The position numbers were made by a program, and so were the translations under genes. A stretch of DNA of 64,000 nt from Planctomycetota bacterium (GTDB taxonomy: Bacteria > Planctomycetota > UBA8742 > UBA2392): the NCBI GenBank assembly GCA_020638675.1, contig JACKID010000001.1:2243261-2307260 (forward strand), given 5' to 3'. Below the pieces are notes generated by a model. That model saw only the letters and a list, made by a program, of their open reading frames with translations, was not told the origin of the DNA and searched no databases. This document shows, one piece after another, positions 49,466 to 57,581 of this stretch; the first letter of the stretch is position 1, and every line of letters starts with the position of its first letter.

Positions 49466-49720
49466 TCACGCTACCTCCGCCAGCCGCGCACTTTCCTGCT
49501 TCTCGGCCGTGTTGATCATGCGCATGACGTAGGGGCTGAACTCGATGCCCGGGCTCAGCTCCTGCACGCGAGACAGCAGCTTCTTTACGCGCTGGATCTC
49601 CGGCAGGCGGTCGCTGACCTTCTTCTCGAAGTCGTCAGCCTTGCCCTGATCGAGCAGTTCGGCAACGGCGCGAAGCCCGTGCGGATCGTCTTCCTGGCGC
49701 GTGTTCGGAATGATGTGCAT
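49466..49720 (-). CDS. Small conserved-looking hypothetical protein (84 aa) inserted between mraZ and rsmH
   Basis: GGGGGGAG SD before the ATG at 49720, excellent GC3 codon bias, and a stop 8 nt before the rsmH start. Confidence 0.55.
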   Translation of the reverse strand: MHIIPNTRQEDDPHGLRAVAELLDQGKADDFEKKVSDRLPEIQRVKKLLSRVQELSPGIEFSPYVMRMINTAEKQESARLAEVA

Positions 49721-49947
49721 GTTTGCTCCCCCCTAGGGATTTCGGTACAGGCAAGGCGCGACCGGTGACGTGTGCACCACGCCGTCCTTGCCGGAGTTCG
49801 GTTCCGCCGCAGCTGCGGCAATTCGGTTGAGGTGACACCCTTGCGCCGGGTGTCGGGCGACCGGCTGTGACGCGGCCGGTAAGCGCCATGGTTTAGGCCA
49901 TGGGGCGCAGACTTCGCGCCGGGTTGGGGGCTTGCCCCCGCAACACG

Positions 49948-50433
49948 CTAGCCCTGCTCAGGTAGCGTGCTGTTGTAGATGCCTGATACCGCGCCCGGGT
50001 CCAGCTTTTCGATGTTCACGGGCACATTTGCCTTCTCGGCCTCGGTCGGATCGTAGAGCTGCATGTGATCGCCGTTGCCGCTGACCACCACCTCGGACGT
50101 CAGATTCGCGTACGCGACGTGGCTCTTTGGAAGCAGGACTCGGCCCTGTTTGTCGACCTCTACCTGCTCCACCATGGCAAGGAACTGCTGCCTCTGACGC
50201 TGCACGTCGCTGGGCAAACCAGCGTCGCCACTCAGCGCCTCGATGCGGCGTTCCCCGCTTTCCTGGTCAAAGATGTCAAGGTGTCGAAAATCCGCCCCGA
50301 GCATGACGTACAGCAGAACCTTGCCATCACTGGATGCCGGCAAGCGGGAGCGGAACTTGGCCGGGATTGTGATGCGGTTCTTCGAATCCATCGAAGTGGT
50401 GGCGAGTCCGAAATACTTGGGTGCACCCGCCAT
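49948..50433 (-). CDS. mraZ: Transcriptional regulator MraZ
   Basis: Two SpoVT/AbrB-like halves with DxxxR motifs (DSKNRITIP and DKQGRVLLP). GGAGGGG SD. First gene of the dcw cluster. Confidence 0.85.
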   Translation of the reverse strand: MAGAPKYFGLATTSMDSKNRITIPAKFRSRLPASSDGKVLLYVMLGADFRHLDIFDQESGERRIEALSGDAGLPSDVQRQRQQFLAMVEQVEVDKQGRVLLPKSHVAYANLTSEVVVSGNGDHMQLYDPTEAEKANVPVNIEKLDPGAVSGIYNSTLPEQG

Positions 50434-50458
50434 TTCCCCTCCGACACAAGGGAAGATA

Positions 50459-50477
50459 ACCCACTTCCACCCACTTG
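50459..50477 (-). promoter_or_regulatory. GTGGG-N5-GTGGG direct repeat (MraZ-box-like) immediately upstream of mraZ
   Basis: The minus strand reads GTGGGtggaaGTGGG with 10-bp periodicity. A second cluster of CCCAC/GTGGG motifs lies at 50666-50714. Confidence 0.4.
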
Positions 50478-50738
50478 TCCAACACAGAAGGTGGATTTTT
50501 CCTAAATCTTTTATTCAAAGGGTTTATGATGCATCACCCCAAAGGGGCTGGTATTTCAGTTGCATATTACCCTATATGTGGTGGTCATTTGTCCGAATAA
50601 CCATCCGAATAGAGTGCCTGAGCTCACCTTATCGGACGGACTTGGGGCGAAATCGACTCCAATTTGCCACTCTCACCCACCGGCGGGCAGAGAATCCACC
50701 CCCTTCCACCCACCGGGCTGCATCGCACAATCAAAATC

Positions 50739-51686
50739 ATGTCCAACCACTTCGCAGACCGCCTGCGGGCGGCCATCCAGGCCAAGGGCGCACCGATCTG
50801 CGCCGGCATTGACCCGCGCCCGGAATGGGTTCCGCAATCCTTCTACGACGGCGCTTTCGAGGAATTCGGGCGCACGCAGAAGGCCGTACGCTTCGCCGTT
50901 CGCAACTTCTGTATCGAGGTGCTGCGCCTCGTCGCGCCGCATGTGCCCGCCGTGAAGCCCCAGGCGGCCTTCTTCGAGTCGCTTGGCCCGGGCGGCTGGG
51001 CGGACTTTGCCGCCGTGTGCGCTGAGGCGCGGCGGCTGGGGCTGATCGTCATTGCAGACGTCAAGCGCGGTGACATCGGCAGCACGGCCGAAGCCTATGC
51101 ACAGGCGCTGTTCGGAAACCGCGAAATCAAGGGCGTCACGATCGAGTCCGCCCATGTGGACTGTGCAACGGTCAACCCGTATCTCGGCGCGGACAGCGTC
51201 GTCCCATTCGTTGCGGCCGCGCGAGAGAACGGCGCGGGGCTGTACGTGCTCGCACGCACCAGCAACAAGGGCAGCGCCGAATTCCAGCAACTCGAGCTGA
51301 AGCAGGGCGGTGCGCTGGTGGATGAAGTCGCCCGCAAGATCGACGCCTGGGGCGCGGAGAGCCTCGGGGAGTGTGGCTACAGCGACGTCGGCGCGGTTGT
51401 CGGCGCCACACACGTGGACGCCGCAAAGCATCTCAGGCGCCTGATGCCGCGCACTCCGTTCCTGGTACCCGGCTGGGGTGCCCAAGGCGGCCACGCTGCG
51501 GCCGTGCGTGCCTGCTTTGATGCCAAGGGCCAGGGCGCAATCGTGAACTCGAGCCGGGGCGTGATGCACGCCTACGCGGCAGGACCGCTGAAAGAGCACG
51601 GCGAAGCCCACTGGAAAGAAGCCGTCACGCAGGCCGTGAAGATCTTCCACCAGGAGATTGCACAGCTCGCGGCTGAACCCGCCTAG
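50739..51686 (+). CDS. pyrF: Orotidine 5'-phosphate decarboxylase (type 2)
   Basis: IADVKRGDIGSTAEAY catalytic-lysine motif. ~315 aa from the ATG at 50739. Confidence 0.85.
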   Translation: MSNHFADRLRAAIQAKGAPICAGIDPRPEWVPQSFYDGAFEEFGRTQKAVRFAVRNFCIEVLRLVAPHVPAVKPQAAFFESLGPGGWADFAAVCAEARRLGLIVIADVKRGDIGSTAEAYAQALFGNREIKGVTIESAHVDCATVNPYLGADSVVPFVAAARENGAGLYVLARTSNKGSAEFQQLELKQGGALVDEVARKIDAWGAESLGECGYSDVGAVVGATHVDAAKHLRRLMPRTPFLVPGWGAQGGHAAAVRACFDAKGQGAIVNSSRGVMHAYAAGPLKEHGEAHWKEAVTQAVKIFHQEIAQLAAEPA

Positions 51687-51779
51687 GCGCTCACACGTTC
51701 ATAGGGAAGGGCCCGGGGTTGTCTCAGGTGGATGATTTGGGCACACTTGGCCCACCCCATCCGGAACAGGAACACAGGC

Positions 51780-52868
51780 ATGCTGAGTTATCGACTTTCT
51801 GTCGCGATGATGGCTGTCGGGCTGCTGCTGGCCGGCACTCTCTATGCGGACCGCATTTCGTACATCCAGGGCTCGGGTGCTAAAGCCGAGATGAAGATGG
51901 ACGAAGACATCACGATCACCGGCTGGAGCGCCTCCAAGGTCGACTACAAGACCGCCGACGGCAAGGCCGCGAGCGTGAAGTACAACGACATCCTGTCGCT
52001 CGACCGGCACTACGGCAGCATGAGCGCGCAGCTTTCCGAGGCAATGGACCTCATCGCAGCCGACCCGGGCGACGCGATCGCCGCGCTGGCCGAGATCGCG
52101 GCCAACGGCAACGCGCTTGACCGCGAGGAAGCGGCCTTTCTGCGCGCGAACATTCTCGACAGCGAAAGCTACGCCGACAAGGCACTCCTGGGCCAGGCCG
52201 TGAAGGCCTACCAGGACTACGTGAAGAGCTACAAGGCGGGCTACTTCGCACGCGAGGTATACCGGGGGCTCTCCAACGGCCAGTTGCGCTCGAATGATGT
52301 CAGCGGCGCGCGGGCGACTTTGAAGGGCATGGTTCGGGCCGACAGCGCGCTCGAGCGCGAAGGCAACCAGCTGCTGGGTGAGCTGGAGGCCGGCGAGGCC
52401 AAGTGGTCCGACGCGATCGCTGCGTTCAAGGCCGCGCAATCGTCAGCCAGCAGTGAGAAGGACAAGAACCACGAATACCTCGCCAAGGCGTGGGAGGGCT
52501 GGTGCACGCTCAAGAACGGCAACGCCGCCGCGGCCAAGACGCTGCTGGAGTCGGTGACGGACGACGACGGCTTCGACGACCCGAACAGCACGGTTGACGA
52601 GGCTGCTCTCGGTGTTGCGTACCCCGCCCTCGGTGATTGCTATTTCGAAGGCGACAACTTCCAGAAGGCCTACGACGCGTACGTCAAAGGTGCCTATTTC
52701 GCCTGGTGGTCGGCGGGAACGCGCGAAGGCTACTGCCTCGGGCAGGCCTACCTGTGCGCCAAGAAGAACGAGAGCACCGGCGACAAATGGAAGAAGCGCA
52801 TGACCAAGCTGCGCACCGCACTGGCGCTCGGCTTCCCGCGCGTGCTGGCGGAAGTGGACAAGCAGTAG
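51780..52868 (+). CDS. Secreted TPR-like repeat protein
   Basis: The ATG at 51780 gives a signal peptide (MLSYRLSVAMMAVGLLLAGTLYA). The rest is A/L-rich helical repeats. Confidence 0.55.
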   Translation: MLSYRLSVAMMAVGLLLAGTLYADRISYIQGSGAKAEMKMDEDITITGWSASKVDYKTADGKAASVKYNDILSLDRHYGSMSAQLSEAMDLIAADPGDAIAALAEIAANGNALDREEAAFLRANILDSESYADKALLGQAVKAYQDYVKSYKAGYFAREVYRGLSNGQLRSNDVSGARATLKGMVRADSALEREGNQLLGELEAGEAKWSDAIAAFKAAQSSASSEKDKNHEYLAKAWEGWCTLKNGNAAAAKTLLESVTDDDGFDDPNSTVDEAALGVAYPALGDCYFEGDNFQKAYDAYVKGAYFAWWSAGTREGYCLGQAYLCAKKNESTGDKWKKRMTKLRTALALGFPRVLAEVDKQ

Positions 52869-52880
52869 GGCTACGCCAAA

Positions 52881-52920
52881 TGAAAACGAGGGACGCCCGC
52901 TGGCGTCCCTCGTTGCGTTT
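52881..52920. terminator. Bidirectional terminator hairpin between convergent genes
   Basis: CGAGGGACGC-ccgctg-GCGTCCCTCG, flanked by an A-run on one side and TTGCGTTTTG on the other. Confidence 0.55.
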
Positions 52921-52928
52921 TGCATCCC

Positions 52929-53903
52929 CTACTTCATCTCGACCTTGGTGGCCTCCAGCACGGTTTCACCGGACTTGGTCTTCTTCACCAGCTTGATGAG
53001 CGCGCCTTCGGAAATCCACTCGCTGGTTTCCGTTCCAGCCTTTTCGTCCTTGGACTCGAAAACGTCGCAGACGAACTCGCCGGCCGCGACCGTCAGCTTG
53101 ACGCCGGTCTTTGTTGGCTTGCCGTATTCCTTGTCCCAGGTTTCCTTGTCGGTCGTCTTGTCCACCGCCTTGGCGCCTTCGCTCGGGACGCCCGCTTCGT
53201 CACAGGCCACGGCCGACCAGGTCGCTGACTTGGCCTCAACGGCGCCGACCTTGCGCAACTGGTAGCTCTGGTCCCGCCCCGGGACGGTGATCTTGAGAAT
53301 GACGTAGTTGTCGGTCGCGGCATAGAAACGCGGCATCTCGGACTTCACGGTCTCGACCGGATCCGGGTCCTTGGATTCCGCACTGCCCTTCTTGTCACTG
53401 TGGAAGCTCACTAGCCAGACAACATCCTTGCCGTTCGTAACCTGCTTGACGACGCCGCCGCACGGGACGTCTTTGCAGTAGTACGCTTCCGTGGTCGCCT
53501 GGCCGATGGTCCACTTGGCTTTGTCGCACTTGAGTTCGATTTCGCCCAGGGTGAGCGTCTCCTCAGTCCACTCGACCTCTTTTTCCTTACCGTACGGCAT
53601 GCGGATCTGGATCTTGATGGAGGCCCAGTCGCGCGTCTTTTCCTGCTGCGCGGTCTGCTTGCCGTTGGCGAACATCGTGTGCGTGTACGTGATCTTGCCA
53701 GCGTTCACCCGGGTTACTTCGTCCTTGAAGGTGATCCCGTTGCCGAGTGAGTACTCGGCCCAGTCCCCCTTCTCGGCATCTTTCCAGGTGTTCCAGCCGT
53801 CCGCCCAGTCGCCTTCCTTGGCGTCGGCGTGAATCGCGGACTGCTGCCATGCAAGCAGTGCCAGCACGGCGCAAAGCATTCCTGCGCGAAAAAGTTGGTG
53901 CAT
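52929..53903 (-). CDS. Secreted paralog-family protein P5 (unknown C-terminal domain)
   Basis: GAGGAGGAGGA SD and a signal peptide. The C-terminus AGEFVCDVFESKD...SEWISEGALIKLVKKTKSGETVLEATKVEMK is homologous to the P1-P4 C-termini. Confidence 0.6.
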   Translation of the reverse strand: MHQLFRAGMLCAVLALLAWQQSAIHADAKEGDWADGWNTWKDAEKGDWAEYSLGNGITFKDEVTRVNAGKITYTHTMFANGKQTAQQEKTRDWASIKIQIRMPYGKEKEVEWTEETLTLGEIELKCDKAKWTIGQATTEAYYCKDVPCGGVVKQVTNGKDVVWLVSFHSDKKGSAESKDPDPVETVKSEMPRFYAATDNYVILKITVPGRDQSYQLRKVGAVEAKSATWSAVACDEAGVPSEGAKAVDKTTDKETWDKEYGKPTKTGVKLTVAAGEFVCDVFESKDEKAGTETSEWISEGALIKLVKKTKSGETVLEATKVEMK

Positions 53904-53969
53904 TCCTCCTCCTCCTCAAAAGGGGGTGCTGCGGCCCGGCACCAGTGTATACGGACGAGCTGCGCCCGC

Positions 53970-55310
53970 CTACTCCATCTTCAGCTCGGTCAGCTCGATT
54001 GTGTGCGGGTCCGCGCCTGCGACTGTGGTCTTCGCGAGGATGACAATCCCGTTCCAGCTCCAGCTTTCGGTGTGTCCGTAGGCTTCGCTAACGGAATACA
54101 GCGCGGGATATGTGCCCGCTGGCGTCTCGACCATCTGCTCGATTTCGCCCGCGTAGGCTGCCGGCTCTTCTTCGGCCTCGCCCGGAAAGGTGTGCTTCAA
54201 CGTGTCCTTGCCCGTCTCGTTTCCCGCGGCATCGGTGACGGTCATCGTGTACGTCGCCTCGGTCTCGGTCACCTCGGTGACTTCGACGCGAACGGTCCTT
54301 TCCGGCTTCTTTTCGCCGTTTGCGGTCGTGTAGCTGCTGGTGACGTAGTAGTTGCCCAGCGTGCGGTAGAACTGGTGCTCGTCGTGGCCGAGGTCAAACA
54401 CCTCCAGGTCCATGCTGTAGTTCTTCATCTTTGTCGCTACGGTCAGCCCGGGCCAGTAGACGCTGGTCCAGCTTTCGAAACCCGCGTCATTCATGTGGTA
54501 GCACTGGAAGTCGCCGGCCGGGCAGTTCTTGGTGACCATCTCCATGTTGGATGAGGTTCCACCACCCATGGCCATGGCGGGCGCACTGAAGCTCATTTCC
54601 GTGTCCTGGCTGAACATGGACTTGCCGGTGTTGTCGAGGACGGAGAGCGTGAATGTCGCGCCGTCCGCGCGTACTTCCTTGACCTTGTACTCCATCGACG
54701 TCGAGGTTTTCCCACCGCCGGCGCCTGAGGTGGTGCGGATGGTCCAGCGCCTGCCTTCCTTGCGATAGAGCTGGTACGGGTCCACATCCGCGGCGTCGAA
54801 CCAGGTGAGCTTGGAAATCTGAGTCGAGCTCGAAGCAATCTTCAACTGCTTCACGACCAGCGGGTGATAGTCAACGCTCACCCACGTGGTGGTCTGCAAC
54901 GTCTCCGTCTTCGTCACGTGCTTGCGGCACTTGAACTTGCGGAAGCCCATATCGAGGGTCTCTTCGGTCAGGCCGGCCGCGGCGTAGCCCAGCTGCTCCG
55001 GTGATGGTGACTTCAGGTCGACTGTGTAGCTCGACGACGTGTAGCTGTTGCCGCCATCGGACACCGTCTCGTCAGTGATTTTCGCCTTGCCGTCCTTGTA
55101 GCTGGTCACCTGCACCGTCCGCTTGCTGACTTCGGGGGACTCGCCGCGTGTCCAGTCCACCACGCGGTAAGACCAGTTGCGGCCCTTCTTCGCGTACACG
55201 TCCATCAGCTTGATCGTCGGGTCGAGTTTGACTTCCGGTTCGGCGTCCTGTGCAAGCACGGCCGGGAACGCGAGCAGCAGCAGGAAGGCGGACAGGATCA
55301 GGCGTTTCAT
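53970..55310 (-). CDS. Secreted paralog-family protein P4 (internally duplicated)
   Basis: GGGGAGAT SD before the ATG at 55310 and a signal peptide (MKRLILSAFLLLLAFPAVLA). The conserved DPYQLYRKEGRRWT motif is present, with an N-terminal second partial copy (KGRNWSYRVVDW). C-terminus ...SWSWNGIVILAKTT...IELTELKME. Confidence 0.6.
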   Translation of the reverse strand: MKRLILSAFLLLLAFPAVLAQDAEPEVKLDPTIKLMDVYAKKGRNWSYRVVDWTRGESPEVSKRTVQVTSYKDGKAKITDETVSDGGNSYTSSSYTVDLKSPSPEQLGYAAAGLTEETLDMGFRKFKCRKHVTKTETLQTTTWVSVDYHPLVVKQLKIASSSTQISKLTWFDAADVDPYQLYRKEGRRWTIRTTSGAGGGKTSTSMEYKVKEVRADGATFTLSVLDNTGKSMFSQDTEMSFSAPAMAMGGGTSSNMEMVTKNCPAGDFQCYHMNDAGFESWTSVYWPGLTVATKMKNYSMDLEVFDLGHDEHQFYRTLGNYYVTSSYTTANGEKKPERTVRVEVTEVTETEATYTMTVTDAAGNETGKDTLKHTFPGEAEEEPAAYAGEIEQMVETPAGTYPALYSVSEAYGHTESWSWNGIVILAKTTVAGADPHTIELTELKME

Positions 55311-55382
55311 GGCATCTCCCCTGGCGACGGCTTGACCAGTGTAGTCGCCCTGTCCGCAAGTCGCCAAATCATTGCGCAAATG

Positions 55383-55407
55383 AAAGCGGGCGCCCGAAGG
55401 CGCCCGC
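55383..55407 (-). terminator. Cloned terminator hairpin, copy 1 (after P3)
   Basis: AAAGCGGGCGCCCGAAGGCGCCCGC, with a perfect 9-bp stem and a CGAA loop. It is identical to copies at 56462-56486 and 57533-57557. Confidence 0.6.
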
Positions 55408-55422
55408 CTGAGTGTCGTTGCC

Positions 55423-56376
55423 CTAGTCTACGTATTCAATCAGTTCAGTCGTCATCGACCCGCTTTCCATCTTGACCAGCAGGCCGGGGTATTTTTTCGA
55501 CATCCAGGATTTCGTGCCGCTCACTTCCGTCACAGTGCACTCAAACTCGCCTGCCTCAACCTTGATCGTTTCCTCGGTCGTCTTGACCTCAGGTCTGTCG
55601 CCCCAATCGTCTTCCGCTTCGCGGAACTCAATCTCTGTCTCGTTTGCCGGCAAGCCTGCCATCGGCTTCCTGTCCTTGTCCAGAACCGTGTATGACACCG
55701 TGGCACTGTTGGCACCGACTTTGATGACTTCCGCCTTGAAGTACGAGATTATGTCGTCCATGCCCTCAAGCTTCGTAGTGGTCTTCGCAGTCCATTTGCG
55801 TCCCTTCTTTTTGTAGAGCACATACGGGTCAGGCTTGTCCTTGTCTACGGCATAGCCCTCGCCGAAGTTCACGTCCGGGCTCGCTTCCTTCAGCTTCGCC
55901 AACGTGTCGAACCAGCGGACGTCACCTTCTCCGCGCGCCCACGGGAACACAAGAATCCCGAAGCGCTTGTTGATCTTGTCTTCGGCGACGATGGCCGCCT
56001 GTTCTACGCGCTGCAAGCGCTTGGCCGCATAGACGGCGTCGTGGACTTTGTAGTTGTCGGTTTCCATCACGTCGCTTGCGACGTCGCAGCCCTTCTTGTC
56101 CCAGGATGCATGCAGCGTCTCGGGTGGACTGCCGTTCCGTGCGTAGCTGATACGCGCGCTGTCGCGCATCCCGAAAAGGACCTTCTCCGTCTTTTCGGCC
56201 GCGAGTTCTTTCTCGGCCTTTGCGAGCCTGTCTTCGAGTACCTTGACTCGTTCCTCCAGCTCCTTGAGCCGCTCTTCGACAGTCTTGGAGGTCGTTTTCT
56301 GAGCAACGGTCACTACCGGGGCGATCGCCAGCAACACGCCAACCAACGCCGCAATCACTGCCGTCCTGATCATCAT
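55423..56376 (-). CDS. Secreted paralog-family protein P3
   Basis: AGGAGA SD, signal peptide MMIRTAVIAALVGVLLAIAPVVTVA, and a coiled-coil stretch. Motifs DPYVLYKKKGRKWT and ...AGEFECTVTEVSGTKSWMSKKYPGLLVKMESGSMTTELIEYVD. Confidence 0.6.
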   Translation of the reverse strand: MMIRTAVIAALVGVLLAIAPVVTVAQKTTSKTVEERLKELEERVKVLEDRLAKAEKELAAEKTEKVLFGMRDSARISYARNGSPPETLHASWDKKGCDVASDVMETDNYKVHDAVYAAKRLQRVEQAAIVAEDKINKRFGILVFPWARGEGDVRWFDTLAKLKEASPDVNFGEGYAVDKDKPDPYVLYKKKGRKWTAKTTTKLEGMDDIISYFKAEVIKVGANSATVSYTVLDKDRKPMAGLPANETEIEFREAEDDWGDRPEVKTTEETIKVEAGEFECTVTEVSGTKSWMSKKYPGLLVKMESGSMTTELIEYVD

Positions 56377-56461
56377 CGTCTCTCCTGTGTGTTCGGAATG
56401 CTCCAAACAGCTTCGTGGGCATTAGAGTTGTGAGCTTGCTGAACAGCAAGTCTCAAAAAAG

Positions 56462-56486
56462 AAAGCGGGCGCCCGAAGGCGCCCGC
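56462..56486 (-). terminator. Cloned terminator hairpin, copy 2 (after P2)
   Basis: The identical 25-mer AAAGCGGGCGCCCGAAGGCGCCCGC, preceded on the plus strand by an A-run (a T-run on the minus strand). Confidence 0.6.
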
Positions 56487-56502
56487 TTGTCTTCACACTG
56501 CT

Positions 56503-57426
56503 CTAGTCTTCGTCGCCTTCGTTGAACTCAACCAGTTCCATTGCCTCGCTCTTGACGATGATGCCCGGGTACTTCTTCATCATCCAGGTCTTGCCGTCGT
56601 CGTAGCTGATCGCCTCAAACGTGCCCGCCTTGCACTCAATCTCCTTTTCGATCGACTTCGGCGCGGGCGGCATTTCGCCCGACCCACGCTCGGCCGTCTC
56701 GAACTTGAGCGCCGTCGTGTTGGCCGGGCCCATCGCCTGGCCGTTCATGTACATCTGCGTTTCCATGTCGCAGCCGTCATCGGTTACGTTCTTGATCGTG
56801 GTCTTCATCTTGAAGCCGCCGGTGATTTCGTACGTCCAGTTGCGGCCTTCCTTGCGGTAGGCTGCCCATGGATCGATCTCGCCGTCGCCCTCTTTGGCGT
56901 CTTTGCCCTCGCCTTCAGCTTCCTTGCCTTCCCCCGCGTCCGTGGTCTTGTCTTCGATCTTCACCTCCTTGTGCGCTTTCTTGAGCTCGTCAAGCGAGGC
57001 GTACCAGTCGACCTTTGAGTCACCGCTCGCCCACTCAAACGTCATGATCGCGAAGCCATCTTTGCCGGCCACGTCTTCCACTATCAGCGCTGCGCTTCCC
57101 CGCTTGTCAGTTACGGCGTAGACTTGGTCGTGCATCTTGGCGTAGTCACCCTTCAAGTCTTCCGCAGTCGCACCACACCCTTGTTTGCCCGCCTCGCCGG
57201 TCAGCGTTTTCGGTGCTTCACCGGATTTTGCATAGGCAACGCGAGCCAAGTCCCTCATCGATCCGATGATCTCCTCGCACTCCTTGCGGCGATCCTCCTG
57301 GCTGGTCTGCTTGGGCTTCACTTCTGCGGGCTCCGCCTCGTCCTTGGCTTCCTGTGCAAGTGGAGCCTGGGCAACAAACACGCACGCAACGAGTGCGGCC
57401 AAGAGCATCGTGAATGTGTTTTTCAT
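56503..57426 (-). CDS. Secreted paralog-family protein P2
   Basis: GGAAGGAAA SD and a signal peptide. Motifs DPWAAYRKEGRNWT and ...KAGTFEAISYDDGKTWMMKKYPGIIVKSEAMELVEFNEGDED. Confidence 0.6.
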   Translation of the reverse strand: MKNTFTMLLAALVACVFVAQAPLAQEAKDEAEPAEVKPKQTSQEDRRKECEEIIGSMRDLARVAYAKSGEAPKTLTGEAGKQGCGATAEDLKGDYAKMHDQVYAVTDKRGSAALIVEDVAGKDGFAIMTFEWASGDSKVDWYASLDELKKAHKEVKIEDKTTDAGEGKEAEGEGKDAKEGDGEIDPWAAYRKEGRNWTYEITGGFKMKTTIKNVTDDGCDMETQMYMNGQAMGPANTTALKFETAERGSGEMPPAPKSIEKEIECKAGTFEAISYDDGKTWMMKKYPGIIVKSEAMELVEFNEGDED

Positions 57427-57532
57427 AGTCAGTTTCCTTCCCTAGCGCGGCAGACGCCGCTCGTCAGTAAGGGCCAAATTAGACACCTGAGGGCATAGTG
57501 TGTCCATCTTCACAATTGATCCACCAAACAAA

Positions 57533-57557
57533 AAAGCGGGCGCCCGAAGGCGCCCGC
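57533..57557 (-). terminator. Cloned terminator hairpin, copy 3 (after P1)
   Basis: The identical 25-mer again, AAAGCGGGCGCCCGAAGGCGCCCGC, with a T-run on the minus strand (TTTTTTGTTTGG). Confidence 0.6.
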
Positions 57558-57581
57558 TCGGTACTGCTACCGGGAATTCAA

